Shown here: one piece after another, positions 33,800 through 43,878 of the stretch
How positions within the stretch are numbered: the first letter of the stretch is position 1
How the letters are laid out: the number at the start of each line of letters is the position of its first letter
Source of the DNA: a virus
Lineage: Duplodnaviria; Heunggongvirae; Uroviricota; Caudoviricetes
IMG/VR virus record: IMGVR_UViG_3300041405_000148
Coordinates: 25,310-89,309 of that record
DNA length: 64,000 nucleotides
Reading direction: 5' to 3' (one strand)
Notes under the pieces: model-generated
Databases searched by the model: none
What the model was told of the DNA's origin: nothing
What the model saw: the letters and a program-made list of their open reading frames with translations, nothing else
Program-made: the position numbers and the translations under genes

Positions 33800-34501
33800 T
33801 TGAATAATTTTTATAAACCTTTAGATTTTACTAAATATTTTGAACGTGTTGTTGATTGGAATGCAACTGCTCGCAATGGAAAACATGACTTCTCACAGAA
33901 AGCCAAAGATTTCCAACTGACTTTGGTTCAAGAGGAAATTAAAGAGTTCTTTGATGCTGTAGAAACTAATAATAAAGTTCTTGCTCTTGATGGACTTTGT
34001 GACACATTTGTTACTGCCTCTTACCTTTATTTTCAGCAAAAAGGTGGAGAAAATATTAAGCCATTAATTATCAAATCACCTAATGATAATATTGACTATG
34101 TTCGATCTCTGAAACTTTCAATGCAGACTCTTGAAATTGGTTTTCCAGGACCTGAGGGTTTAGATGCCCTTGATGTACTGAAGACCACTTGTACACTCCT
34201 TTACAATTTTGATGGTTGTACCACTAAAGCTCTGGAAGAAGTTCTTGACAGCAATGATAGTAAGTTCCCTAAGGTATATAATGTAAAAGGTATGGATATT
34301 TTTTATGACCTGAATGGCAATGAAACAGACCCTGAAGTTGAGTGTCGTCAAATTGAACGTCGATCTGAAGGTAGGTATGCAGGTGTGAATTACATCATTG
34401 TAGGGGAAGGTAGCGACCGCCGATTCATCTTTAAGTCTGACAAAGGTAAAATCGTAAAACCTTATAGTTTCTTTGAACCTAACCTTGCACAATTCTGTTA
34501 A
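33800..34501 (+). CDS. MazG-like/all-alpha NTP pyrophosphohydrolase
   Basis: EEIKEF...LDGLCD, SNDSKF, GKIVK. Confidence 0.75.
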   Translation: MNNFYKPLDFTKYFERVVDWNATARNGKHDFSQKAKDFQLTLVQEEIKEFFDAVETNNKVLALDGLCDTFVTASYLYFQQKGGENIKPLIIKSPNDNIDYVRSLKLSMQTLEIGFPGPEGLDALDVLKTTCTLLYNFDGCTTKALEEVLDSNDSKFPKVYNVKGMDIFYDLNGNETDPEVECRQIERRSEGRYAGVNYIIVGEGSDRRFIFKSDKGKIVKPYSFFEPNLAQFC

Positions 34502-34510
34502 GGAGTTATA

Positions 34511-34810
34511 ATGGGGATACAACACAAAGCAGTTATTGGAGTAGGTCTGCCAGCAAAAGAACTTTGCAGTGATCATGATGAGTTTGAAGAAAAGTATGGT
34601 GATCACTGGGAGGTATTGGAACTTGTTTCACCTTGGTATGATGCTGATTATAGATATTGTCAGGCGGGTGTGATTGTCTATCAGATTGAAGATGGTTCAC
34701 TTGATATTGATTTAGTTTACTTAGAAGATGGAATTAAAGTTGCAATGGATGAGTTCAAAGAGATAACAGGTCAATCTGGAAAGATGTTCTTATCTACTTA
34801 TGGCTACTAA
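34511..34810 (+). CDS. Hypothetical protein
   Basis: AAGGAG SD. Confidence 0.65.
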   Translation: MGIQHKAVIGVGLPAKELCSDHDEFEEKYGDHWEVLELVSPWYDADYRYCQAGVIVYQIEDGSLDIDLVYLEDGIKVAMDEFKEITGQSGKMFLSTYGY

Positions 34811-34819
34811 GGAGTAGAA

Positions 34820-35089
34820 ATGTCACAGATTTTACAAACGTTTATTAAACACATGATCAACCGTTTACATGAAGCTGGGATTGATAATCCCACACAAGAA
34901 GTGATTTCTTGTATGTTTGGAGGTAAAAAGTTGAAATTCAGGTTGTACTCACAAGAACAGTGGGATACAATGATCCAAGGTCAAAGTGAAGCAGTTAAGC
35001 TCTTCGCAGACAGAGGGATTTCTCATCAACCTGATGCAGTGATCACTCATAAAGATAAAGTTTATCTTGTACGACTAATCAAAGACTAA
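34820..35089 (+). CDS. Hypothetical protein
   Basis: AAGGAG SD. Confidence 0.65.
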   Translation: MSQILQTFIKHMINRLHEAGIDNPTQEVISCMFGGKKLKFRLYSQEQWDTMIQGQSEAVKLFADRGISHQPDAVITHKDKVYLVRLIKD

Positions 35090-35112
35090 TTAAATTATAT
35101 AAGGAGTTAAAT

Positions 35113-35457
35113 ATGGACTATCCAATTACAGGTCAAATTTCTATCGGTGCTTACCATGTATCTGACGAAGATGATTTAATTGACTTTTATGAGTACCTTC
35201 AAAAAACTCATGGTCAAGAGTTCGCAGATGAATTGGCTGAAAAACACCCTGATATTTTTGTAAAAACTTATAGTTTAACTCTGACACAGAAAGAGCTTGA
35301 TGTTCTTCATCTTGTTATTGGTCACTGTATTTCTGAAGAGACAGCTAACATTCAAGAGATGATTGAACCATATGTCTCCCCAGAGTCACTTGACGATTAT
35401 GATCGAGTGGGTTATAATCTTGATTCAGTCGATGGTCTTTGCATCCGTATTAATTAA
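35113..35457 (+). CDS. Hypothetical protein
   Basis: AAGGAG SD. Confidence 0.65.
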   Translation: MDYPITGQISIGAYHVSDEDDLIDFYEYLQKTHGQEFADELAEKHPDIFVKTYSLTLTQKELDVLHLVIGHCISEETANIQEMIEPYVSPESLDDYDRVGYNLDSVDGLCIRIN

Positions 35458-35466
35458 GGAGGTAAA

Positions 35467-35643
35467 ATGAGCAAGATTGATTTACAGCCAACAGAAGAAA
35501 TGATCAGTGCAGGTATTTCTGAACTAATTCAGGTAGACGAATACCGACACCTTTATCACTCTGGAGAAGGCCCCAGTGATGATGAACTTAAAGGTTTAGT
35601 GGTATTTATCTGGCAAGCAATGGTTTCTAAAGTAAATAAATAA
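35467..35643 (+). CDS. Hypothetical protein (58 aa)
   Basis: Not in track; AGGAGG SD. Confidence 0.6.
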   Translation: MSKIDLQPTEEMISAGISELIQVDEYRHLYHSGEGPSDDELKGLVVFIWQAMVSKVNK

Positions 35644-35659
35644 GAGGAGATTTAAAATT

Positions 35660-36592
35660 ATGGCAAAGAACGGACTTTCTAAAGCATTTAACGGTTTTGT
35701 GGTTTATGAGTCAAATGGCGAATACCCAATTGATATCCAAAAGATCCCAACCGTAGAGAATTTTGATTATTTGAAGTATGAAATCGCAGCAGAAGATGAA
35801 GTTTCTTCTATTGGATTTGAACCTGTTATTGAAATGGAAGTGACGACTGACGGTGAACTTGTTCGTGAAGAAGAATATGTGCATTCTGTCGGTACTTTTG
35901 ATGTAATTAAGATCAAACAATCCAAACGAAAGGTTCCTGGGTCAGAGGTTAAAAAGATTGTTTCTGAGAAAACCCGCAAAGCGATTGCTGAAGCAGAAGA
36001 GCGCGGTCAAACGATTAAGGTTAATAAAGAACTTAAAGAAATGTTTAAAGAAGAAGCAATCAAGGAGCTGCTACCTCGCTGCTTTATTGATGAATCCAGC
36101 ACCTTTGTGTTCCTTGACAAAGTTACAGAGAAGCTTTATGTAGCTGTACCTTCTCACAAGAAAGCTGAAGATATTACTGCTTTTATTCGTAAGACTCTGG
36201 GCAGCCTGCCGATCACACCTCTGGTCACAGAGCGTGAGATTGTAAAAGCAATGACACAGTTTGTAACTTCTCAGCTGAATGATAAGATCACCTTAGGCGA
36301 TTTTGTTCAGATGGAAGATGAAGAAGGTGTTGTAGCATGGAAAAAAGAATCACTCTACAACTCTGATGCAAAAGAGCTGATTGAAAATTCCGAAAAGCTG
36401 GTCACAAAACTTGGCCTTAATTTTGATGGCGTAGTTTCTTTTACCATTGACAGTGACTATGTAATCTCAGGTGTTAAGTTTGAGAGTTACGTTACCGCAG
36501 AAGGTCATGACTTCTCATCTACATTCCTGCTGATCGCTAATGAAATCACAGGTGCAGTAAAAGAGCTGTTGAAAGAACTTGGTGAAGAATAA
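35660..36592 (+). CDS. rdgC: Recombination-associated protein RdgC
   Basis: SIGFEP, KVPGSEV, ELLPR.F, LRKTLGSLP-like motifs; 310 aa. Confidence 0.8.
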   Translation: MAKNGLSKAFNGFVVYESNGEYPIDIQKIPTVENFDYLKYEIAAEDEVSSIGFEPVIEMEVTTDGELVREEEYVHSVGTFDVIKIKQSKRKVPGSEVKKIVSEKTRKAIAEAEERGQTIKVNKELKEMFKEEAIKELLPRCFIDESSTFVFLDKVTEKLYVAVPSHKKAEDITAFIRKTLGSLPITPLVTEREIVKAMTQFVTSQLNDKITLGDFVQMEDEEGVVAWKKESLYNSDAKELIENSEKLVTKLGLNFDGVVSFTIDSDYVISGVKFESYVTAEGHDFSSTFLLIANEITGAVKELLKELGEE

Positions 36593-36605
36593 ATTCAAAT
36601 AAATC

Positions 36606-36634
36606 TTGACTCTCAGGCCATCTTTTGATAGGAT
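36606..36634 (+). promoter_or_regulatory. Sigma70-like promoter
   Basis: TTGACT-17-TAGGAT. Confidence 0.6.
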
Positions 36635-36663
36635 GGCCTCCTAAACCTCATAGGAGAAACAAA

Positions 36664-36864
36664 ATGAAAAAATTAGCTTTCGTACTTTTAACTCTAGCTG
36701 CTTTCAACGCCTCCGCTGTGAAGATTACACTTACAGATCCTTCAGAAGTTATCACAGGTGATACTAAACTGTGTATTTATGAAGGTCACGGCACTGAAGA
36801 GGTCTATGAGGTTGCAAAGAGTCAAAATTGCCCTTACGCAAAGACTTTTGAGACAGATGAATAA
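36664..36864 (+). CDS. Small secreted protein
   Basis: Signal peptide MKKLAFVLLTLAAFNASA, two Cys. Confidence 0.7.
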   Translation: MKKLAFVLLTLAAFNASAVKITLTDPSEVITGDTKLCIYEGHGTEEVYEVAKSQNCPYAKTFETDE

Positions 36865-36879
36865 TAGAAAGGAGGTTTA

Positions 36880-37977
36880 CTGAGTAAATTCGAAACAATC
36901 AGTTTAGAGGATCTTCCTAAGTACATTGATGAAAATACGAAGTTAGTCATTGACTACGATCAAATAGGATATCTTAGCTCCTCTGTCCTGGAGGGGCGTA
37001 AAATAGAAGCTGTACACAAAGCTTCTGGCAGAACTAAAGAGTTTAAGAACAAGACTGAGTTCTGGGGCAGAAAGAAAAACTCTTTAGAGGGAAGTTGGCT
37101 TGGTGATCAGAATGTCATGAGGGAAGCCAAAGGACAAACGCCTTTCACAAGAGAGGATTTTGAGATCCGTGAAGTTCAGGTTGCCCCTGAACTGTCCCAT
37201 GTTCTTTATGCAGCAAAAACAAAAGTTAATACAATTTGTGACCACCTTGGTATTGATAAATATTTCGGTGTTATCGGCAAAGGTGAAACATTTAGGCATG
37301 AACTTGCTTTACCTGAGAAGTACAAATCCAACCGTGAAGAAGCACTCCGTCCAATATTCCTAACAGAAGCCAAAGATTATCTTGTAGAAAAGCATGGTGG
37401 CGAAATCGTTACAGGCATTGAAGCTGATGATCGTTTAACTCAATATGGTTATCAAGGATGGCTTGACTTCAAAAAGACTGGCAAGATCTCTTACCTTCCT
37501 GTTACGATGGATAAAGATAGCAACTCAACACCCTCAATTTATTTCAATCTCTACCGTTCAAACAATGCTTTTAAGCACATCAATCCTATCCTAATAGATG
37601 ATGGAGTTGGTGAACTTTGGATGGATAAAGGTGAAGTGAAAGGTTACGGTGCCAAATGGCTTGCAGTACAGATGTGCAAGGGTGATAGCAGTGACCATGT
37701 TAGACCTTATCAAGACTTTGGTTTAACTTATGGAGATGCTACCTGTTACGCAGACTTTGCTGATGCAACAGACCACAAAGAGCTTTTTACACGTGTCATG
37801 AACCGTTTTAAAGATTGGTTCCCGGACGGTGTGGAGTATGATGCCTGGACAGGTGAACATATGAAGATGTCAGCTGGTCAATGGGCCTCTCTTATGTTCA
37901 AACTCGTTTATATGCAACGTGTCCCACATGATCCTACAACTTTCGCCCGTGTCCTTAAACACTATGGGGTGATTTAA
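36880..37977 (+). CDS. 5'-3' exonuclease (PIN/FEN-like), probable CUG start
   Basis: LVIDYDQ, FR..LA.P.KYK.NR, EADD, MDKD, GDSSD; frame open from CTG at 36880. Confidence 0.8.
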   Translation: MSKFETISLEDLPKYIDENTKLVIDYDQIGYLSSSVLEGRKIEAVHKASGRTKEFKNKTEFWGRKKNSLEGSWLGDQNVMREAKGQTPFTREDFEIREVQVAPELSHVLYAAKTKVNTICDHLGIDKYFGVIGKGETFRHELALPEKYKSNREEALRPIFLTEAKDYLVEKHGGEIVTGIEADDRLTQYGYQGWLDFKKTGKISYLPVTMDKDSNSTPSIYFNLYRSNNAFKHINPILIDDGVGELWMDKGEVKGYGAKWLAVQMCKGDSSDHVRPYQDFGLTYGDATCYADFADATDHKELFTRVMNRFKDWFPDGVEYDAWTGEHMKMSAGQWASLMFKLVYMQRVPHDPTTFARVLKHYGVI

Positions 37978-38549
37978 TGTTGATATTAGGCATAGACCAG
38001 TCGATGAGCCATTGTGCAGCCGTTCTTACGGAGGACGGTATCGCCATAGAAAAACATGTATTTAGAACAGGTAGTTCAGGGTCAAAAACCAAAAGCAAAG
38101 GTGTTGTTTACTTCGATACCCAAGTTGAACAGATTATCTACATTATAGATAATCTTGTTGATCTGATCAACCGAATTAAGCCTGACGCTATTGTTCTGGA
38201 GTCTCTTTCTTTTGCGTCTGTAGGGAATGCAACAAGAACCCTTGCCGGTCTTTACTTCTGTATTATGTATCAACTTTATAAACTTGGTTACGGTGATAAA
38301 GTTCATCATTTAGCACCAACATCAATTAAGAGTTGGGCCAGGAATAAACTTCCTGAAGAACAGCAAACAGAGTTGAATAAGAAAGGAAAGAAGATAAAGA
38401 AAAAGATGGAGAAAAAAGATATGATTCAGGTAACTGAAATACTTGACTCAGAACTCCTAAAAGGGTATACTCTCGTGGCTGGTAAAGCAGACATAGCTGA
38501 TGCATTTATTCTTGCTAAATGTTATGAGGAAAGACAGGAGGAAAAATAG
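37977..38549 (+). CDS. RuvC-like Holliday junction resolvase
   Basis: ILGIDQS, IVLES, PTSIK, DIADA. Confidence 0.8.
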   Translation: MLILGIDQSMSHCAAVLTEDGIAIEKHVFRTGSSGSKTKSKGVVYFDTQVEQIIYIIDNLVDLINRIKPDAIVLESLSFASVGNATRTLAGLYFCIMYQLYKLGYGDKVHHLAPTSIKSWARNKLPEEQQTELNKKGKKIKKKMEKKDMIQVTEILDSELLKGYTLVAGKADIADAFILAKCYEERQEEK

Positions 38550-39103
38550 TCTTTAAAAGGAAAAGAAGAGCTGTTAAATCTGTTACAAAAACGGCTAAGA
38601 AGCGAAGAGAAAGTATACCTCTTAACCCTAAATACTGGTTGAAAAACACAACAGAAGTTAGACTTTGGTCAGAAGCAAACAAACCTGCCGATGGCCTTTG
38701 TCCTGTGTTGAGATATCAACCTACAAGGTGGACATGTGATCATGACCACTTTGACTTGAAGGTGAGAGGTATGTTGTCCCAGCCTGCTAATACGTGGGAA
38801 GGATATGTAGTGAAATACTTCCAAAAGTACTGTTCAAATTACACTGAGATATCAATATCAGAAGCCCTAAGAAATCTTGCCGATTACCTTGAGACAACTT
38901 ACTGGATGGATAATAAACTCCATCACAGGGGAGTTGAGACTCAAAGGAAATATTTGGAGAGACTTAAAAAAGAGACAATAGCTATTGCAGCTAAAAAAGA
39001 TTTTGATCTTATTCTCGATTGTGAAGAAATGTCTAAAGAGCAGATGATTGTTGAGTACTTGAAGGAATTCATTAAAAAATATGAGGAGACTGTATGGGAC
39101 TGA
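38546..39103 (+). CDS. Endonuclease VII-like HNH nuclease (start uncertain: ATA 38546 or TTG 38639)
   Basis: LCPVL, CDHDH, VRGML...N, LRNLADYLE. Confidence 0.75.
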   Translation: MVFKRKRRAVKSVTKTAKKRRESIPLNPKYWLKNTTEVRLWSEANKPADGLCPVLRYQPTRWTCDHDHFDLKVRGMLSQPANTWEGYVVKYFQKYCSNYTEISISEALRNLADYLETTYWMDNKLHHRGVETQRKYLERLKKETIAIAAKKDFDLILDCEEMSKEQMIVEYLKEFIKKYEETVWD

Positions 39104-39342
39104 ATAAAGTAGACGAAAGTTTGACAAGCAATAATGATTTACCAGTTATGGAGTTTATTTATACAAACTGGAAAGGTCAAACAACTAACAGACGTATTCA
39201 AAATCCTACACTGTGGTATGGTGAGAGTAAGTACCATAAAGGAGCACAATGGTTCTTTCATGCATTTGATTTGGAGAAAGATGACTTCCGTGATTTCGCA
39301 GTTGCAGACATCTTAACTTTCGTAGATAATAAAGGGGTATAA
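39094..39342 (+). CDS. WYL-like small domain protein
   Basis: FIYTNWKG...R.I...W...AFDLEK...RDF. Confidence 0.6.
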   Translation: MGLNKVDESLTSNNDLPVMEFIYTNWKGQTTNRRIQNPTLWYGESKYHKGAQWFFHAFDLEKDDFRDFAVADILTFVDNKGV

Positions 39343-40317
39343 ATGAGGTTAGAGCAATCCATCATAGATTTAGTTGTAAAATATTTACAAGACGGAAGCA
39401 CCTCAAAAAGGGGTATTGCCAGAGAAATTTTTGGCAAGGACAGTAAAGAGTCAACAGTTCGACACATTGAGAAAAAATACTTCTCACCAGTTGACCTCAC
39501 AGTTGAAAAAAGCTATCTTGAAGGTGTCCAGAGTGATTACACTAAAGCTAAAATACTTGTTCTTGACATTGAGACTGCACCAATCCTTGGTCATGTCTGG
39601 TCTCTTTGGAATAACAATTTAGGTTTGAATCAAATTGACACTGATTGGTACATCCTGTCTTTCACTGCTAAGTGGGCACACGAAGGTGAAGAGGATGTTA
39701 TTTACATGGACAAGCGTGAGACGTTTGATAATGAAGATGACACTGAGATGCTGAAGGTACTGTGGGATCTACTCAATGAAGCAGATTTTGTGCTTGGACA
39801 GAACATCAGAAAGTTTGATATGAAAAAGATCAATGCCAGATTCATTTTAAATGGGTTTCCTAAACCTTCCACCTACCGTCAGATCGATACTCTGTTGATT
39901 GCAAAATCGCTATTCGGATTTACTTCTAATAAGCTGGAGTACATGACCGATAAGCTGTGCAAGAAATATAAAAAGAAAAAACATCTGAAGTTCCCAGGGC
40001 ACACTCTGTGGAGTGAATGTTTAAAAGGTAACATTGAAGCCTGGGATGAAATGAAAGAATACAATATCTTTGACGTTCTTTCTAACCAAGAGTTGTATGA
40101 AGTGTTTATGCCTTGGGATGCTAAACTTCCAAACTTCGATTTGTATGTTGACGAAGAGCTGGATATGTCAGAGTGGGTTGAAGATGGTTTCCATATGACC
40201 AACTTAGGTAAGTACCAACGTTACCGTCATGTTGTAACAGGGCAGCAACGTCGCGGTCGTGAGAATCTTCTTTCTCCAGAGAAAAGAAAGTCTCTTCTGG
40301 CAAATATTGTAGATTAA
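39343..40317 (+). CDS. RNase H-fold 3'-5' exonuclease with N-terminal HTH
   Basis: LVLDIET, GQNI..FD, IDTL, YN..DV. Confidence 0.8.
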   Translation: MRLEQSIIDLVVKYLQDGSTSKRGIAREIFGKDSKESTVRHIEKKYFSPVDLTVEKSYLEGVQSDYTKAKILVLDIETAPILGHVWSLWNNNLGLNQIDTDWYILSFTAKWAHEGEEDVIYMDKRETFDNEDDTEMLKVLWDLLNEADFVLGQNIRKFDMKKINARFILNGFPKPSTYRQIDTLLIAKSLFGFTSNKLEYMTDKLCKKYKKKKHLKFPGHTLWSECLKGNIEAWDEMKEYNIFDVLSNQELYEVFMPWDAKLPNFDLYVDEELDMSEWVEDGFHMTNLGKYQRYRHVVTGQQRRGRENLLSPEKRKSLLANIVD

Positions 40318-40322
40318 TTATG

Positions 40323-40345
40323 AGGGGCGAAAGCCCCTTTGTTTT
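40323..40345 (+). terminator. Rho-independent terminator
   Basis: AGGGGC-GAAA-GCCCCT-TTGTTTT. Confidence 0.85.
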
Positions 40346-40356
40346 AAGGAGGTTTT

Positions 40357-40740
40357 ATGACTAATGCACTAGATACACAGATTGATGGCAATCATTATAA
40401 AGATCAGAAGATGCAGCCTTTAGAGTTGGCTTACCGTGTGAACGGCAGTCCCTGCTTCACTAAGCTCGCAAAGTATGCAAGTCGTAGAAAAGTTGACCGG
40501 TTAGGTGATCTTAATAAAGCAATTCATTGCATTCAACTGGAAAAGGAGTTAACCTTACTTTGTGGGAATTCATACGAAAAGCTAAGGGTTGTAGAGCCTT
40601 TTTTCCATAAAATTCTTTGTGAATTTACTGAAGATGAGGATTTGTTTTCCGCTCTATACCATATGTATTACTCCAATTATGATCTAGCCATTCGAAGCAT
40701 AGAGAGTATTATTCAACAGGAGTTCCCAAATGAAGCCTAA
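40357..40740 (+). CDS. DUF3310-like protein
   Basis: QIDGNHY...QP, KY..R...DL.KA. Confidence 0.7.
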   Translation: MTNALDTQIDGNHYKDQKMQPLELAYRVNGSPCFTKLAKYASRRKVDRLGDLNKAIHCIQLEKELTLLCGNSYEKLRVVEPFFHKILCEFTEDEDLFSALYHMYYSNYDLAIRSIESIIQQEFPNEA

Positions 40741-41299
40741 ATTCATTGTTGCCTGGGATGTTGACTTGACCTTCTACCCAACAGACATTACCTGGTTGAA
40801 GTGGTTGAATGAAGTGTGCGGGACCTCCCGCACTATGGAAGACTGCCTTTTTGATTACCAGACAGGTTACCACTTCCCTGAGTTCGAAAAACTTGAAGTA
40901 AAGGCTATGGACTTCTGGCGTAACCCAACACTATATGATACGATCCGACCTGTGGAAGGCGCTGTAGAAGCAGCAGAGATGATTGTTGGTGCTGGTGGTG
41001 CAATTAGTTGGAATAGTTATTGCAAGGCAGGTCACTTTGGTAGTAAAGTTAGGGCCATCAAACGTGACACACCGTTTGCACCTTTGGGTGAACTACATAG
41101 TTTCTATGCTACCAAAGAGAAAGGTGGCGTTATCTGTGACTTTGCTATTGACGACAGATTCAAGCATCTGGCACAGTACCCGGACAATGTAGTTAAGATC
41201 CACTACGACACACCTTGGCAAGAAGAGTTCAGTTGTCCTGTTGATCTAAAAAGCAACAATTACAAAGAGATAGCAGAATTTATCATTGACTTGGTATAA
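40730..41299 (+). CDS. HAD 5'(3')-deoxyribonucleotidase
   Basis: WDVDLT, IDDR. Confidence 0.75.
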   Translation: MKPKFIVAWDVDLTFYPTDITWLKWLNEVCGTSRTMEDCLFDYQTGYHFPEFEKLEVKAMDFWRNPTLYDTIRPVEGAVEAAEMIVGAGGAISWNSYCKAGHFGSKVRAIKRDTPFAPLGELHSFYATKEKGGVICDFAIDDRFKHLAQYPDNVVKIHYDTPWQEEFSCPVDLKSNNYKEIAEFIIDLV

Positions 41300-41311
41300 A
41301 AAGAGGTTAGA

Positions 41312-41485
41312 ATGGGTTGTTATGAAGAGGATGAGGTAGTTCAAATCTTAGCTAAAGGTACTAATACAGTTCTTTATGAAGTGAAGATGACAGCTAAGAC
41401 TTGTTCACAAATGTTTGTTAGGTTGGTGTTCTTCAAGTATGGTTTAGAAAAAGGTACTTACAGTCACAGAAAAAAGAGGAGTTGA
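41312..41485 (+). CDS. Hypothetical protein (57 aa)
   Basis: Not in track; GAGG SD. Confidence 0.5.
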   Translation: MGCYEEDEVVQILAKGTNTVLYEVKMTAKTCSQMFVRLVFFKYGLEKGTYSHRKKRS

Positions 41486-41487
41486 GA

Positions 41488-41661
41488 ATGAAAATTAACA
41501 TTCAGTATATCTTTACAGAAGAAGATAAAAATGACGAAGATTTATGTAGTTTTATTGATTATTTAGATAGACTAGGTAGTGAGTTTATTTGTGAAGTTAT
41601 TGCAGACTCTGATTATTATAACCAGATTGATGTTTCAGGTGAAGACAAGGTGGAGAAATAA
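41488..41661 (+). CDS. Hypothetical protein (57 aa)
   Basis: Not in track; GAGGAG SD; stop overlaps thyX start. Confidence 0.55.
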   Translation: MKINIQYIFTEEDKNDEDLCSFIDYLDRLGSEFICEVIADSDYYNQIDVSGEDKVEK

Positions 41662-42686
41662 TGTATTTAGCAGAAGTGGAAGGTAAAGGTGGTATTAATA
41701 CAAAACTGGTGGCATACTCAGTTTCCCCAGAAGGTAAAAAGATTGCAACATTTGAACTGACTTATCATAGATACATTCATGGTGAGTTTATGACACACCG
41801 CTTATTTAGCCGCAATGCAATGAGTTCTCGTGCTGTTCCTGTGAACAAGATGTTGGACATTATCCGTGAATCTCCAGCCATGCCTATCCACTGGGGTAAA
41901 AATCAACCAGGAATGCAGGCTAAAGAAGAGCATGATGCAGAGGTTATCGTTTCTGACTATGATGGCGACGATTGGCCTATATCTAAAGAACGAGCTTGGG
42001 AGTTGGCAAGTAATCATTCTGTGAGGATGGCTGAATGCTTTGCAGAAGCTGGGTATCACAAACAGATTGTAAACCGTTTGGTTGAACCCTTCCAAATGAT
42101 GAAGACTGTCATGACAGCAACAGAACTGGATAACTTTTTCTGGTTACGTTTAGATGAAGATGCACAGCCAGAGATCTTTGAACTGGCTCGTTGTATTCGT
42201 GAATGTTTGGAAAAGTCTGAACCCCAACCACTTCAGCCAGGGGAATGGCATACACCGTATGTATACCAAAAACACTCAAAGTCAACTGGCATTCATTACT
42301 TTATTTACGATGAAAAAGGTCAACAAAAATTCATTACTAAAGATGAAGCCCTTGCAATCTCTTCGTCATGTTGTGCTCAGGTCTCTTACCGTAATCTTGA
42401 CAACACATATGAGAAAGCAATGGCAATTTATGGTCGTCTACTAAGTGGTGCTAAAGTACATGCATCTCCTTTCGAGCATCAGGCCACGCCGATGGCAAAG
42501 AGGGATCTATCAGGCATAAAATCTGAGAGAGGTGCAGTCAATTTCCAACCTATCCCAGACTCTTGGGAGAAAGGTATTACTCATGTTGATCGTGAGGGTA
42601 ATTTCTGGTCTGCAAACTTCAAGGGCTGGGTACAACACCGACAACTCCTGGACAACCACAATTGCACAGATTATGTACCAGAGTAA
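41661..42686 (+). CDS. thyX: Flavin-dependent thymidylate synthase
   Basis: EFMTHRLFSRNAMSSRA, HASPFEH. Confidence 0.9.
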   Translation: MYLAEVEGKGGINTKLVAYSVSPEGKKIATFELTYHRYIHGEFMTHRLFSRNAMSSRAVPVNKMLDIIRESPAMPIHWGKNQPGMQAKEEHDAEVIVSDYDGDDWPISKERAWELASNHSVRMAECFAEAGYHKQIVNRLVEPFQMMKTVMTATELDNFFWLRLDEDAQPEIFELARCIRECLEKSEPQPLQPGEWHTPYVYQKHSKSTGIHYFIYDEKGQQKFITKDEALAISSSCCAQVSYRNLDNTYEKAMAIYGRLLSGAKVHASPFEHQATPMAKRDLSGIKSERGAVNFQPIPDSWEKGITHVDREGNFWSANFKGWVQHRQLLDNHNCTDYVPE

Positions 42687-42835
42687 CTTAAGGGTTTTGT
42701 AAAGATATTTCTTGACTTGAAGTAACATATTGAGTTATTATTCACGGACTGGAAACGACCAGTCCAATAATTAGAAACAATGTAGTCAGACTTAGAAAGT
42801 GATAGATCACTTTGCGGTCATAAGAGGAGATAAGC

Positions 42836-43348
42836 ATGGAAAAGATTAAAACTTCAGGTTTCACCAGTACAACTCTGGCATCTGTTACAATTGATACACT
42901 GAAAAACACACCAATCTGGAAAAAACACGTTAACGCTAACGGTGTTATCATTCCTGTCAAAAACTCTCAAGGCCACCTCTACACTGCACGTGAAGAAGAT
43001 TTGGTAAGAGCAGCACTTTATGCTTTAGGTTATGATGAAAAAGCTGAACAAGGTTTCACTAAACGCCGTGGGACTTACGTTGTACGTAGCTCAAAGGATT
43101 CTACTAAAGGTGTAGTCACCCAGATTTATGATTTCCGTGTTCGAAAGGGACACTCTATGGAAACATTCTTTATGCGTAATAGTTTTGTACACATTGACGC
43201 CGAACAATCTAATGAGTTTATTGACTTGGCAGGATATGGTCTCGAATATTACGAAATTACCCCACGAAAGTCTGACAAACGTGATCAAGATAATGACCTA
43301 ACTTCACAAGCTGCTGATAGTTCAGAATCTTTTGCGACTGTAGCATAA
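42836..43348 (+). CDS. Hypothetical protein
   Basis: GAGGAG SD and upstream promoter-like TTGACT. Confidence 0.7.
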   Translation: MEKIKTSGFTSTTLASVTIDTLKNTPIWKKHVNANGVIIPVKNSQGHLYTAREEDLVRAALYALGYDEKAEQGFTKRRGTYVVRSSKDSTKGVVTQIYDFRVRKGHSMETFFMRNSFVHIDAEQSNEFIDLAGYGLEYYEITPRKSDKRDQDNDLTSQAADSSESFATVA

Positions 43349-43362
43349 ATAGCAGAGGTTTT

Positions 43363-43608
43363 ATGGATTTGAATAGCAACCAAAATTATGATAAAATGGA
43401 AACTCTAGAAGATGTTTTAATTAAAGTAGAGAAAGAACCATACCTGTCCAGTAAAAGAAAGAAAGCAAGAGAGACAGCTCTAACCAAAGGTTTCACTGAT
43501 GAATACCATATGGAAGGTTGGTTATATTTTAACAGATTGGATTCAGAGCAATACTCTGGTTATGATGTTGATCTACTTCATATGACATCCTCAGGTGAGA
43601 GTTATTAA
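43363..43608 (+). CDS. Hypothetical protein
   Basis: GAGG SD. Confidence 0.6.
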   Translation: MDLNSNQNYDKMETLEDVLIKVEKEPYLSSKRKKARETALTKGFTDEYHMEGWLYFNRLDSEQYSGYDVDLLHMTSSGESY

Positions 43609-43632
43609 ATAAAATTAATTCAGGAGATTTAA

Positions 43633-43869
43633 ATGGAAGTGCAAAATAATGTAGTAGTTTATAGTAAACCGAATTGCCAGCAATGTGAGATGACAAAAAC
43701 CTACCTATCTAATAAGGGTGTTGACTATATTGTTGTAGATATTAGCAAAGATCAGGATGCATTCTCTCGCATCTCTCAGCTTGGTTATCGTCAGGTTCCA
43801 GTTGTCGAATCAGGAGAAGAACATTGGTCGGGTTTCCAGCCAGCTAAACTGAATGCAATTCTGAATTAA
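43633..43869 (+). CDS. nrdH: Glutaredoxin-like NrdH
   Basis: CQQC, GYRQVPVV, WSGF. Confidence 0.92.
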   Translation: MEVQNNVVVYSKPNCQQCEMTKTYLSNKGVDYIVVDISKDQDAFSRISQLGYRQVPVVESGEEHWSGFQPAKLNAILN

Positions 43870-43878
43870 GGTGTTATT

